Shown: positions 26,959-38,511 of the stretch, one piece after another | How positions within the stretch are numbered: the stretch's first letter is position 1 | Layout: each line of letters starts with the position of its first letter | DNA from: Eledone cirrhosa | Lineage: Eukaryota | Reading direction: 5' to 3' | DNA: 64,000 nt | NCBI GenBank assembly: GCA_964016885.1 | Contig: OZ024744.1 | Coordinates: 88,908,001 to 88,972,000 of the forward strand | Translations under genes and position numbers: made by a program | Notes under the pieces: generated by a model | Told to the model about the DNA's origin: nothing | The model's input: only the letters and a program-made list of their open reading frames with translations | Databases searched by the model: none

Positions 26959-27694
26959 TATATATATATATTAATGTATATATATAAATATATTTATTTA
27001 TGTCATATATATATATGTGTGTGTGTGTATGTGTGTATGTATGTGTGTGCACCTGTGTGTGTGTGTGTGCGCACACGTGCGTGAGTGTGTGTAACATGTG
27101 AACTCTTTCTTACCGTAATCGAAATAACGAAATCTTTCAAGAGGCTCCACAATTCGAAGACAACTCTTGCTGGTTGACATCTTCAACATGTCCTGCTAAG
27201 GTTTTCTTGCTTCCAACGAGGCACCTGAGTGTGTAATTATTGCAATTCCTGACCTGACGGTAATTCTGTTTCCTCTCAGAGTTTTTTGTTCTTTATTTAC
27301 ATCCGATTCCATATTCTTTTATGTGTTTTTTTTGTTGTTGTTTATTTTATTATTATTTTTTGTATGTGTCTTTTCGTGTTTACTTCCTTTTCCCCACCAC
27401 ATCATTTCTACATTTCTATATACTGGGCACATATGATTATATAAATGTGTATATATATATGTAAATATGTATTTCTATTTAATTATCTATCTCTCTATGT
27501 ATACACACACACACACATATATATAATATATGTAATACATATATATATATGTATATCATATATATATATTACATATATATATATATATGTCTGTGTGTGT
27601 GTGTGTGTGTATCCGGGGTTCAATCAGGGGTAACCACAGAGTATGATGATTTGCTTCGAATGAAATACTTCTAGTCCGGTAGAAGTCTTTTCTG

Positions 27695-27856
27695 GATTGG
27701 CAGTATCAGTAGAGGGTCGGACACCATGCTTTGACGCAAAGAGTTACGGCCCTTTCCATTCTGAGGTTAACTTTGCCTTTCATCCTTACCGAGTCGATAA
27801 AATAAAGTACCAGTAATACACTGGATAATTGCTGGCCTTGTGCCAAAAGTAGAAAC

Positions 27857-27862
<6 letters not shown>
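27695..27862 (+). mobile_element. tRNA-derived SINE (OK-like, short variant)
   Basis: Family head and core; lacks the GGGGTCGATTTAATCGAC segment. Confidence 0.8.
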
Positions 27863-27885
<23 letters not shown>

Positions 27886-27890
<5 letters not shown>

Positions 27891-27971
27891 GATATTAAAA
27901 ACTTGTCGAGTGCTTTATATCAGTTATAAAATATTTACTTGTTGTAACCCAACAATTTTAAATAAAACTTT

Positions 27972-27976
<5 letters not shown>
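27886..27976 (+). mobile_element. Minimal family A insertion: pLTR tail plus ~12-nt inverted end
   Basis: tatacgatatta followed by aaacttgtcgagtgct...cttttgca, inside (TA)n. Confidence 0.75.
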
Positions 27977-28015
<39 letters not shown>

Positions 28016-28167
28016 TACACGGGTGTGTATGATTGTGTATAGAAGATTATATTAATAAAAGGAATTCCAATTTTGTCTGATTTACTCGTTTTATTTACAA
28101 TCTTTTAAAATTTATAATGGTACTAGAATGAAATAGTATGGTAGAATATTAAATATTAAGTGTTAAT

Positions 28168-28206
28168 TGAACAAGTACTTTCATGCTTTCGCAATCTTCA
28201 GGTTCA
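28168..28206 (-). ncRNA. Minimal type I hammerhead (same family as 1207-1245) in pLTR ~28049-28260
   Basis: tgaac-CTGAAGA-ttgcgaaagcat-GAAA-gtac-TT-gttca; palindromic AAGTACTT helix III. Confidence 0.82.
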
Positions 28207-28260
28207 TAATGTGTAGAGACAGTCAAGTTTGCAATTTTCAACTGTATATATATTTTCAAC

Positions 28261-28332
<72 letters not shown>

Positions 28333-28636
28333 CATAAATACAGATACATACTGAGTTTGTTTGTGAGTATATGTTTACATTTATGTATGCTTGACTATAT
28401 ATATATATACGAGTGCGCGCGTATATGTGTACGGTAGAATATTATGTATCTAATTTAGTGCGTTAAACGGCGGATGACTGAAGTTATCCTTGTTATCCGA
28501 AGGCAAAGTTTCCCCCTAGAGTATCTAATGTCCACAAAATACATAAGGGGTGAAACGACTCACCCAGTGATAATGCAAATTGGAAATTAATCGGGCATAT
28601 TTGGATCTTTTAACATCTCCCTGGTGAAGCATAATT

Positions 28637-28718
<82 letters not shown>

Positions 28719-28766
28719 GCCCCTCTCCCCTCTCTCTCTCCCCTCTCTCCCCCTTCTATCTCTCCG

Positions 28767-28798
<32 letters not shown>

Positions 28799-28839
28799 CT
28801 CTCACACTTTCTGTGTATATATATATATATATATATACG

Positions 28840-29272
28840 ACCAAAGATTAATATGGTTCGTTGATTATTCAACGAATACAATTTTACAATAGATTAGAAG
28901 CACTCGACAGTAACAATTTTTCCTGGAGTATTTAATATTATTCAAAATATTAATAAATGAAAAATATTCTTATAATCAAAATATATATTTTATTATATAT
29001 ATTTCAAAGGTACAATGGTGGTTAAGTACGTTTTCATCAGCTAAAATATAAGATTTAATATACGACATACCGCTACGGTTTTGATTATTCAATTCCAATA
29101 GTGGCAGTATTGGAATTAAATAATCAAAACCGTAGCGGTATGTCGTATATCAAATCTTATATTTTATCTGATGAAAACGTACTTAAACACCATTGTACCT
29201 TTGAAATACGTATAATAAAATATATATTTTGGTTATGAGAATATTTCTCATTTAAAAATATTGTGAATAATA
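28840..29272. mobile_element. Fold-back pLTR pair (family C) with HHR at 29160-29222 (+) and its mirror at ~28986-29049 (-)
   Basis: Arms meet at a 7-nt loop (29101-29107); tail on the left arm; same family as the ends of 30901-35325. Confidence 0.85.
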
Positions 29273-29610
29273 TATATATGTATATATATATATATATATA
29301 TTTTACGCATATAAATTCATGATCAGAAAGTTACTACTCTTCTAAATAACATTTAAATATTTTAATATATTTGACACCTTGTTATTTTGGCCACCTATTT
29401 AATTAGATAAGTGATTTAAAATATATTTTGTTCTGGAATGATCTGTATGTTGATCGTTTTTTTTAATAAACGCTGATGATTCCTCTGGTCTGTGCTAACT
29501 AATAACAAGTTGTTCAATAAAATAACTTGCTATTAGAGGTACATTCCTTTGGGAAAAACAATTGTTTGTAATTAAATGTCTTAAACTTTTAATTTGGTTT
29601 TTGTAAGCAC

Positions 29611-29709
<99 letters not shown>

Positions 29710-29756
29710 ATAAGGGCGCTGCGGAGTTGCAAATGGGTTACATATGAAAAAAGTTT

Positions 29757-29825
29757 GTCCTTCATCAGTGATCTTCCAACCATCATAGGCATTTCATCGC
29801 TTTAAAGACCATATACCTCCGGTTG
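29757..29825 (-). ncRNA. Candidate non-circularly permuted hammerhead ribozyme (copy 1)
   Basis: aggta-TA-tggtcttt-aaagcgat-GAAA-tgcct-atgatggttg-gaagatca-CTGATGA-aggac; helix III aggta/tgcct, helix I tggtcttt/gaagatca; no conventional helix II. Confidence 0.55.
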
Positions 29826-30372
29826 GTGCGAGCAACGGCTAAAAAAAGACGTTGGGACACGTAAATAAAGGGGACGCGAGGGTAAACAAACAAAATGGTG
29901 AAGCAACAGAAAGTGAGGAAGAAAGAGACAAGTCCCAGATTTCTATGAATTTAAATTCGGTGAAATCGTGAACAAGAGAATAAAGACCATCAAACCTGGT
30001 TGAAATGTGAGCAAGGAAGGAATTTCGCACAGGTTTAACGGGAGGAAGAAGGGGTCTGGTCTGCGAATTCGGTAAACATAAGTTCTGTGAAATCGTAGAC
30101 GAGAGAGAGACAAAACTCATACCAGCTTGGCCAGCGTGCGGGAGAAAAGAATTACACACAGGTCAAACGGGAAGAAAGAGGAGGATGAGAGGTAGTGACA
30201 GAGAATGAGTGAGTGAAGGGTGAGGAAGAGGCTAACAGAGAGAGAGAGACTGCTAGAAAGGGTAAAGATACATAGAACGAAAAAGACATGTAGCAGCAGA
30301 GGAAAAAATATGTGTAAATATGAAAATAAGGGCGCTGCGGAGTTGCAAATGGGTTATATAGGAAAAAAGTTT

Positions 30373-30441
30373 GTCCTTCATCAGTGATCTTCCAACCATC
30401 ATAGGCATTTCCTCGCTTTAAAGACCATATACCTCCGGTTG
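30373..30441 (-). ncRNA. Candidate non-circularly permuted hammerhead ribozyme (copy 2)
   Basis: Same as copy 1 except gcgag before GAAA; agga/tcct hairpin after CTGATGA. Confidence 0.55.
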
Positions 30442-30522
30442 GTGCGAGCAACGGCTAAAAAAAGACGTTGGGACACTAAATAAAGGGGACGCGAGGGTAA
30501 ACAAACAAAATGGTGAAGCAAC

Positions 30523-30605
<83 letters not shown>

Positions 30606-30659
30606 TGCTTACAAACCAAAGTTAAACGTTTAATGTATATATATAATTCGTTTTTTTTA

Positions 30660-30900
30660 TTTGTTTTGCGAGATTTCTTATCTGAAAACGTATGTTGATA
30701 CAGATATTGTTATATTTTGGGAGGGTCATGTTGCCAATAAAGACAAACGCACCTGTGACGAAAGAGCTTTGACAATATTTAAACAACCATCCGGTTATCG
30801 AACCAACCAACCAGCCGGAAATTTATAATAAATTGAAGTGAAAACCAACAGGTGCGTGTGTTTTTATTGGCCACATGATCTCCTCGAAGTATAACAATAT
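30660..30900. mobile_element. Fold-back remnant of the 5962-6230 pLTR family
   Basis: Left part matches 5990-6077; right part (gtgacGAAAgagctttgac...gtataacaatat) is the opposite orientation. Confidence 0.8.
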
Positions 30901-31135
30901 ATATATTATTCAAAATATTAACAAATGAAAGAGATTCACATAATCAAAATATATGCTTTATTATATATATTTCAAAGGTACTGTGTTTTTTTTTAGTACG
31001 TCTTCATCAGATAAAATATATGATTTGATATATGACACACCGCTACAGTCTTGATTATACAATTCCAGTATTAGCAGTGATTTATTTCATCAAATCTCAA
31101 TTTCTACATCTCTCAAGTATATTCCTTTACCACCA

Positions 31136-33370
31136 ACTCATTCATAAGAAGACTGCGGTGGCGTGCTTTCCACTTTAAAAATAAAAAGAAAATGGATAAG
31201 AAAAAGACCAACAATAATTTTGATCACATCTTTAAATCTAGGAAAAAATCCTCCTTACAACAAACTCTTGGCTAATTTCGAAAACGAAATTATAAATATA
31301 TTAAGGAAAATCAAATTTAAAAAAATAACCCATATAGAGGCCAGGAATACCTTAGAGGTCTAAAGGAAAACATTAAGGACATGCAAAAAATAAATAAAAT
31401 ATTAGTGAAATCAGACAAAACGAACAACCTATATGGGATTGAAAGAACAAAATATAATGACTTAATTCTAAAAGAATTGAGGAAAAATTATAAAAAGGCC
31501 CCAAGTGAGGATTTATAGAATATTAATAATAATGCATTTGAAATTATCACCAATCTTGGAATAGAGCGGAAAACCGAACCCTTCATACCTAAGCAACCGC
31601 GGATGAATTTTAAAGACCATAAAAGAAATTTCGAGGAGGACCTGCCAGTTAGACTTATAGCACCTTCAAAATCAGATCTTGGAATAATTAGTAAAAATAT
31701 AATAGATAGGATTTTACCAACTCTTAAATTGAGGTCATGACTAAACCTATGGAAAGGCACTAGTGAAGTCATAGATTGGTTCAATAATATCAAAAATAAA
31801 AATAATTATAAGTTCATTCAAATGGACATAACGAGTTATTATTCCTCGATAACTCCTAATCTTTTAAATAAGGCGTTATCATATGCATATAAACATACGG
31901 ACTTATCTTGTGATGAGATAAATATTATATTAGCAGCAAGGCGAACTTTGATTGATTTTAATAATGATCTTTGGACTAGATCAGATAGACAGAAGAATTT
32001 TGATATTACTATGGGTTCGTCAGATTCGGCGGAAGTTACGGATCTTGTGGAAATTTTTATCCTCAACATGATAAATAGGAAACTGCCGGAGATTACCGGA
32101 GGTTTATATAGAGACGACATACTATTTATTGTAGAAAAACATAATAATAGTGAATTAAATAGAGTAAAGAAAGTAATTATAGAATTTTTTTAAAATTACG
32201 ACCTGTAGTTAGAAGTAGAAAATAATAACAAAATAGTTAATATTTTAGACGCGACTCTTAATTTGAACTCAGGCCTTTATTATCCTTTCCATAAACTCAA
32301 TGAGAATTTAAATTATGTTAGTTTGTATTCTAATCATTCAAAATAAGAATGCAATAGTCAACAGTGTACAACAACGAATAACCAGGCTATCTGCTAATAG
32401 ATCCATATTTAATAGTAAGGCTGTATATTATAATGAAGCGTTACATAAAGCTGGATATAACAATAATTGTTTCTACTATTGGCACAAGAATATTGAGTAT
32501 ATAGAAAAAATACTGAAAATAATATTAATTATAATCACACTAATCATAATAAAAATGAATATAAGAACAAATTCAGGAATAAATCGGGAAAAAAAATAAG
32601 AACTAGATCTATAATTTGGTATGCTCCCCCAACATGTTTAGCTATTAAAACACCGGTAGCACACTTATTTTTTAAAGCCCTGGATAAATGCTTCCCTAGG
32701 TCACATAAATATTACTCTATTTTCAATAGACACACAGTTAAACTTTCTTATTCAACAACTATGAATATTGCTCAAAATATAGCAAAAATAAATAGTAAAA
32801 ATCTTAATTTGAACCAACATATAATTAGCAATAATAACAATAATAATAACAATACATTAGTTAATGAGAATAACAATAATAATTTAAATATGAATAATAA
32901 TAGAACACCTGTAAACAATAATGTGAATAGTTTAAGGTCTGGAAATAACATTGAGAAGAAATGTAATTGTAGAAAGAAGTCCGAATGTCCTTTACAAAAT
33001 AATTGCCTTGACAAGAATATAGTATATAAATGTACCATTAAGGCAAATAATAATATATATAACTATATTGGTGCCACTTCATCTAAATTTAAGGAACGTT
33101 GGTACAATCATAGACAGTCTTTTATTAAACCAGATAAGAAATTTTCAACTTCACTTTAAAGGACAATAATACTAAATACTCCATCTTTTGGACCAAGTTA
33201 AAGAAAACCAATTCCTATCAGAACGCAACTATTTTGCAAAATTGTAACTTCGAGACTCTACAGATAATTACAAATTATGACAATTTAATCAAAACGAATT
33301 ATTCAGTAGTTGTCACCATAAAATTGCTAAAATGTTTGCAAGCATTGTAGAAGTTTCGAAAAAATATTGA
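31136..33370 (+). pseudogene. PLE RT + GIY-YIG polyprotein with stops and frameshifts
   Basis: SFIRRLRWRAFH; VKSDKTNNLY; DITSYYSSI; DITMGSSDSAEVTDLV; GLYRDD; IIWYAPP; CNCRKKSECPLQNNCLDKNIVYKC..YIGATSSKFKERWYNHRQSF. Confidence 0.9.
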
Positions 33371-34674
33371 TAATTAATAATTTAATATATTTATGCTTTT
33401 GCCTTATTGTGGTAATAATTTATTGATATTTATATGTATTAGAATTATTTCATTAAGAGTCTCGTTATCCTATGTTTTCATTAGGATAGTTCAATATTTA
33501 ATATTCAATATTTAACTACTTTTATGATATTTTCAATAGATGATTTATGGTTTTCAAAATATCGCGGAATGTGTGAGTAGAGATATGTTATAAATGTTTG
33601 TATATGGTGAATGAGTTATCTTCCTTGTGTTTACATTGTCCGTAAAAATGTCCTTTCTTTTTGACTAGCTTGCTGAATTATATTAGTTTTGAAATATGTA
33701 GACTAATAATATACAGACTATCATTAAAATGAAACTATATATCAAAATAAGTAAATACAGAAGTAAATATAACCTTTCATTAAATTAATGAAATTAAACT
33801 TTTGAGAGGAAATGTAACTGCAGTTTAATTTTAGAAATTAAATGAAAATTAAAGAATAGTGAAGATTTTATAAAGAGAATATCATAATTTAATAATTTTA
33901 GTAATATAGGATCTAAATATATTATATGTATTGATGCTGATTTATGTATGGTATTAGATTTTAATACATATGTAATAATCATTTAAATACACTTTAAAAA
34001 TTAATTCTTTAAAGTTATAACAAAATATTTATAGAATATCTTACCTTAAAATTAAAAATAATAATTTATAATGAGTTAAATTAAATTACATAAATTTTTA
34101 ATTAAACGATATATGTGATTGCTTTAGAAAATAATCTATACTGATTAATTTTGATATAATATATAAGTATAATTAGCTAATGCATAATCAAATACTAAAG
34201 ATATTTAATTGTTTAGTTGAATTGATTGGATGTCTTATTTGATCTAGCATTTGAAAACAACGGTTTTTTTCTCTATCCCCCTCTATTTGATGTTTCCTTT
34301 ATTTTTCTTTATTTTTCTTTACCCCCGTCCTTACACTTTCCATCTTTTGTCGTTATTCCTCTTTTCTTTTTTATATATTTCTTTTTCTCATCCATTCCTT
34401 TATCTATTTATGTATGTATTTATATATGTATTTATTTATTTTTTCTTGCTTTTCCTCCTATTTACACTATCTCTCATATCTCTAATTTGCTCTACGTCAT
34501 TTTCTTCTTTAAGTTTATCATTTATTTGTGGTATATAAACATTGAGATTTGATGAAATAAATCACTGCCAATACTGGAATTGTATAATCAAGACCGTAGC
34601 GGTATGTCATATATCAAATCATATATTTTATCTGATGAAGATATTCTGAAAAAAAAAAAAAAATTCCTTTGAAA

Positions 34675-35162
34675 TCTTAACTATAATAAAGGAAGGTCTG
34701 CGGGATTGGGTCCAGAATATATTTTTTACCCCGTTTGTAAAATAAGTTGGATTTCTTTGAATAAATAATGAATGAATATTACATAATTTATGTGCTAAAT
34801 TTCGTGGCTGTTGATTAAATATATTTTATAGCTTATTTAAAGATCTTTAAAATTCAATTCTTTAAAATTATCAAATTTCAACACTTCCTGTTAGCGGCCT
34901 TTATATTATAACACTTATAATCGCATATATTTCAGTCGCTAATTTTCTCCTAATGCAGTTTATATATAATGTCGTCTTTTTTTTAATATATCATGATTAC
35001 AGAAGAGAGTGTAACATAGGCTTTGTTCAATTTCTGTGTATATTGTCAATTACGATTTTATTTGATGTATCATATTTACATGCATATATATTTGTGTATA
35101 ATATCAATATACACACTACACATGGTAGAAGAAAACCACCCATAGGGTGGTTTTTGTGCTAG
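34675..35162 (+). mobile_element. Non-autonomous Helitron (488 bp)
   Basis: a|TC start; subterminal hairpin aaaaccaccc-ata-gggtggtttt; CTAG|t end; no TSD; removing it restores the pLTR. Confidence 0.88.
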
Positions 35163-35339
35163 TATATATAATAAAGCATATATTTTGATTATGTGAATAT
35201 CTTTCATTTGTTAATATTTTGAATAATATTAAAAACTCCAGGAAAACTTCTTAGTTGAGTGCTTTTAATCTATTGTAAAATTGTATTCATTGAGTAATCA
35301 ACGAACCATATTAATCTTTGGTTATATATATATATATAT

Positions 35340-35777
35340 TTGGATTTAATGCTCTGAAATAGCGATATATATGTGAAGACAAACATAGAATATTCGAAAA
35401 TATTCTGTATGTTTATAATAAACATTTTGAAGACCTAATCGCTATAGAATAGAATACGTCACGTATTACAATTTGAGATTCTCGATAAAAGCAAGGGAAG
35501 TAACCTACGCGTTTCATTCTTATTAGAAATCATCAGGATTACATATCCAATGCTTTTATCGAGAATGACACAGCTAGAGACTTATAGAATACTTAGCTGT
35601 GTACATGAACTGGTTTGAAAGAGCAGTAGTCGGTCCGGCAGAAATTAGAATTTGGATTTAATGCTCTGAAATAGCGATATATATGTGAAGACAAACATAG
35701 AATATTCGAAAATATTCTGTATGTTTATAATAAACATTTTGAAGACCTAATCGCTATTTCGAATATTCTATGTTTGT
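35340..35777 (-). mobile_element. Small non-coding partial tandem (312-bp period) with hammerhead and terminal inversion
   Basis: 35340-35445 repeated at 35652-35757; inverted piece ttcgaatattctatgtttgt at the right end. Confidence 0.75.
35500..35542 (-). ncRNA. Minimal type I hammerhead ribozyme
   Basis: gtaatc-CTGATGA-t-ttc-taataa-gaa-t-GAAA-cgcg-TA-ggttac; GUA site; palindromic helix III. Confidence 0.85.
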
Positions 35778-35909
35778 AAGTATATAAGTCCCGGGTTCAA
35801 TCGGGGGTAACCATAGTAAGTAAGGTACTCAGTACATTAGTAGATTATATACAAAATTTGATATATAAATGGCTTCTACAGTACTGATGAAGCCATTTCT
35901 ATATTAAAT

Positions 35910-37512
35910 TTATATTTGGGGATGGTCATGTTGCCAATATAACCAATAAAAGGAAACACACGCACCATATGATTTTCACTTATTCACTTTTTTACTATTT
36001 ATTCGTTAGTTTATCAGAGTTCTTTCGTCACACATTCTTTGATCTCCTCAATGACTATGTGTTCTTTTGTGTTTGTTTCCGTCATCCTTTCTGTTCTCGT
36101 TGTTATTGTCTCAGTTGTTGCTGGTGGTGGTACTATCGTTTCTGTTGTTGCCGCCGACGTGGTCTGTTGTTATTGTCTTTGTTGTTAATGTAGTTATTAG
36201 TGTTATTGCGGTTATTATCATTGACATTGTTGTTTGTGTTGGTGCTGTTGTTGTTATTGTTATTATTGTTCAAGTTCCATCGAACTTTTGTGAATGTTGT
36301 GTTTTCTATTTCGAACAACCATCATATCTTACTAACCATTTTAACTGCGAACTTAGATGGTAACTGGAGAATCATTTCTTCCTCCAGGCCGATCGTACTT
36401 TCCCTATAGATATTTGCCTGGTTGTCTCTATCGAATTCAGCTGCAAGTGAGACATCTGCCATGTTTATACCATCGATCTTGTTTGGGCATTTTCGTTTCT
36501 CTTCTTGTACGTGCTTTCTGGGTTGCTTATATTTTCAGCCAGATTATATTTTTTTGTTATTGAAGTATCTACACTACTTCTGTTTTGGTACAATTGCATT
36601 CTTGGTATATGATGTCAGTTAATGCCCCTTGTTCAGATGGTGTTGTAACGCATTCTCCCTTTCGTAGCAATACAAGTTTGTGCTTTTCCTGGCGGCTTAA
36701 CTCTGTATATCCTCCTCTTTATGTTTGTTTTACTTTTTCGGCTTGTCCTTTTGAAAGTCTTGTTTGTGTAGATAAGGCATGGGCAACATTTTTCGAGCGC
36801 TAATTTACATTCGTATCCACATTAATAAAAGGCGGTAACTCAGGTTGTTTTGATTTGTTTCTTCAGAATTTATTTTGTTGTTTTCTTCGATCGTAAAAAT
36901 GATAGAAAGATAAATTATGACTGAAAAGTTGGAGTAAAAAAAATCAGAAAAATTTTACTTAGGTGACTTAGGCGAGCCATTCAGAAACCTTCGCGGGCCA
37001 CAGGTTGCCCATGACTGGTGTAAACTTTGAAGGTAGCACGAATTTCTTTATGAACTGAAGTTGTTGAGCTGTTATTGTTTCTCTGATACAACCGAATATG
37101 GTGATTTTCAGCGTCTTGAAAGCCTGACAGAGACCTAAGTCGTTACTTTTATGTATTTGTTTTACAAGATTTTTATGTGAAATTGTGTGTTGAAACTTAT
37201 ATTGTTATATTTGGGGATGGCCAATATTACCAATAAAAAGAAACACACAAACCATATGATTTTTCACTTTTTTACTTTATATATAGTTTTAGTTATTCGT
37301 TAGTTCGTCAAATTTATTTCTACACGCATTCTATGTCATCCTCGGTTACTATCTGAGAACAGACAGCCGTTGGGAAAGTAATAGGGCGCGCGACGAAAGA
37401 ACTTTGACGAACTAATGAATAACTAGTAATATATATAAAGTGAAAATCATGGTGTGTGTGTTTCCTTTTATTGGGAATACTGTTAACATATCCATCCCCA
37501 AATATCACAATA
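35910..37512 (-). mobile_element. Internally deleted PLE related to the 5962 family: pLTR, ORF 5' remnant, pLTR, plus inverted partial pLTR
   Basis: pLTR-like blocks at ~35910-36060 (-), ~37150-37350 (-) and ~37390-37512 (+); remnant ILQLPSKFAV..FEIENTTFTKVRW; degenerate HHRs. Confidence 0.65.
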
Positions 37513-37526
37513 TATATATATATATA

Positions 37527-38505
37527 CTACCAGCAGGACCCGGCGTTGCACGGGGTAAGAAATGTGAAATTGCAACACGCACATGCAAAGGTTGAGGAAT
37601 GTAGCTGTGTACATTTTGAATTCCCTTATTCTCAGGGAACAATTGTTCATCTACTGGAACAGTAGAACACCAGCAGACCCGAATCGTAAAACATCTGTAT
37701 GCATGTGCAAAATTTGAAGAAAATCAGCTGGATACTCTTTAAGCGTACTAAATCTTAGAGTATGATTTTTCTTCCATTTGGAGAAAATCGGTTAGGTACT
37801 TTTCGAGTTTTGTAGAAAGCGGTCACCACGGAATTAGCACAACCGCTGTTCGACGTACTTGCGCAGGGTGTAGGTGCAACAAAGGGGTCTTAGTAGAAGT
37901 AGCACAGACGTGAGTTTTACGGTGTCAATAACACCTCAACGTACACAGGGCCCGGATTTGCGCGTGATGAAAGCACGAAGCGTCAACAGGGCGCCGACAA
38001 AATTGTTAAGGTCCTTCTCATTTCCTCAATCCCCCGAAAATGATCCTGCTTAAAAGTAAATAAGTGCTGTGTCCTCTGTTAAATAAATCAAATTTTTAAC
38101 GAAATATTATACGCTACTTACGATGTTTAAGTAGTGTTTATATTGAAAATGAAAATGGCATGTAATGCCCAATGCTAATACGTAAATTTCCTAGAAACCA
38201 TTAATGGAATCGGAATTTTATTTTTGTCCACAGCAATGCGAGGGGACTAACTAATGTCTGCTGCACATTTCGAGGAAATCCGCTGGATTATCTTTAAGTT
38301 AAGCATAAAAAAATCCTAAAAATGCCTTTGAAATGTGGTTTTCCGCCTAATGCGGGCCCTAGGGCAAACAAGTTAAAAATTAGCCCATTGCACTTCCAGA
38401 AATATAAGTAATGCATGTGTAAAGTTTGAAAAGAATCGGTCGGGTACTTCTCGAGTTAGGGATTTACACAGACAGACAGACAGACATCCTTTGTTTTATA
38501 TATAT
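37527..38505 (-). mobile_element. Non-autonomous Helitron-like element
   Basis: Minus strand begins tatataaaacaaaggatgtctgtctgtctg and ends with hairpin cccg-tgcaacgc-cggg then ctgg/tag, next to (TA)n. Confidence 0.7.
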
Positions 38506-38511
38506 ATATAT

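Larger units (their letters stand above)
29705..30525 (-). mobile_element. Partial tandem (616-bp period) in (TA)n carrying permuted hammerhead-like motifs
   Basis: 29705-29910 repeated at 30321-30525; (TA)n on both sides. Confidence 0.8.
30901..35325 (+). mobile_element. Near full-length decayed PLE (Nematis-like) with inverted 5' pLTR and 3' pLTR plus tail (family C)
   Basis: 30901-31105 is the reverse complement of 34540-34674 + 35163-35229; coding remnant lies between. Confidence 0.9.

Noticed and set aside
31136-33370. Selenocysteine or stop-codon recoding in the PLE ORF
   Set aside because: Interruptions include TAG/TAA and frameshifts, consistent with ordinary decay.
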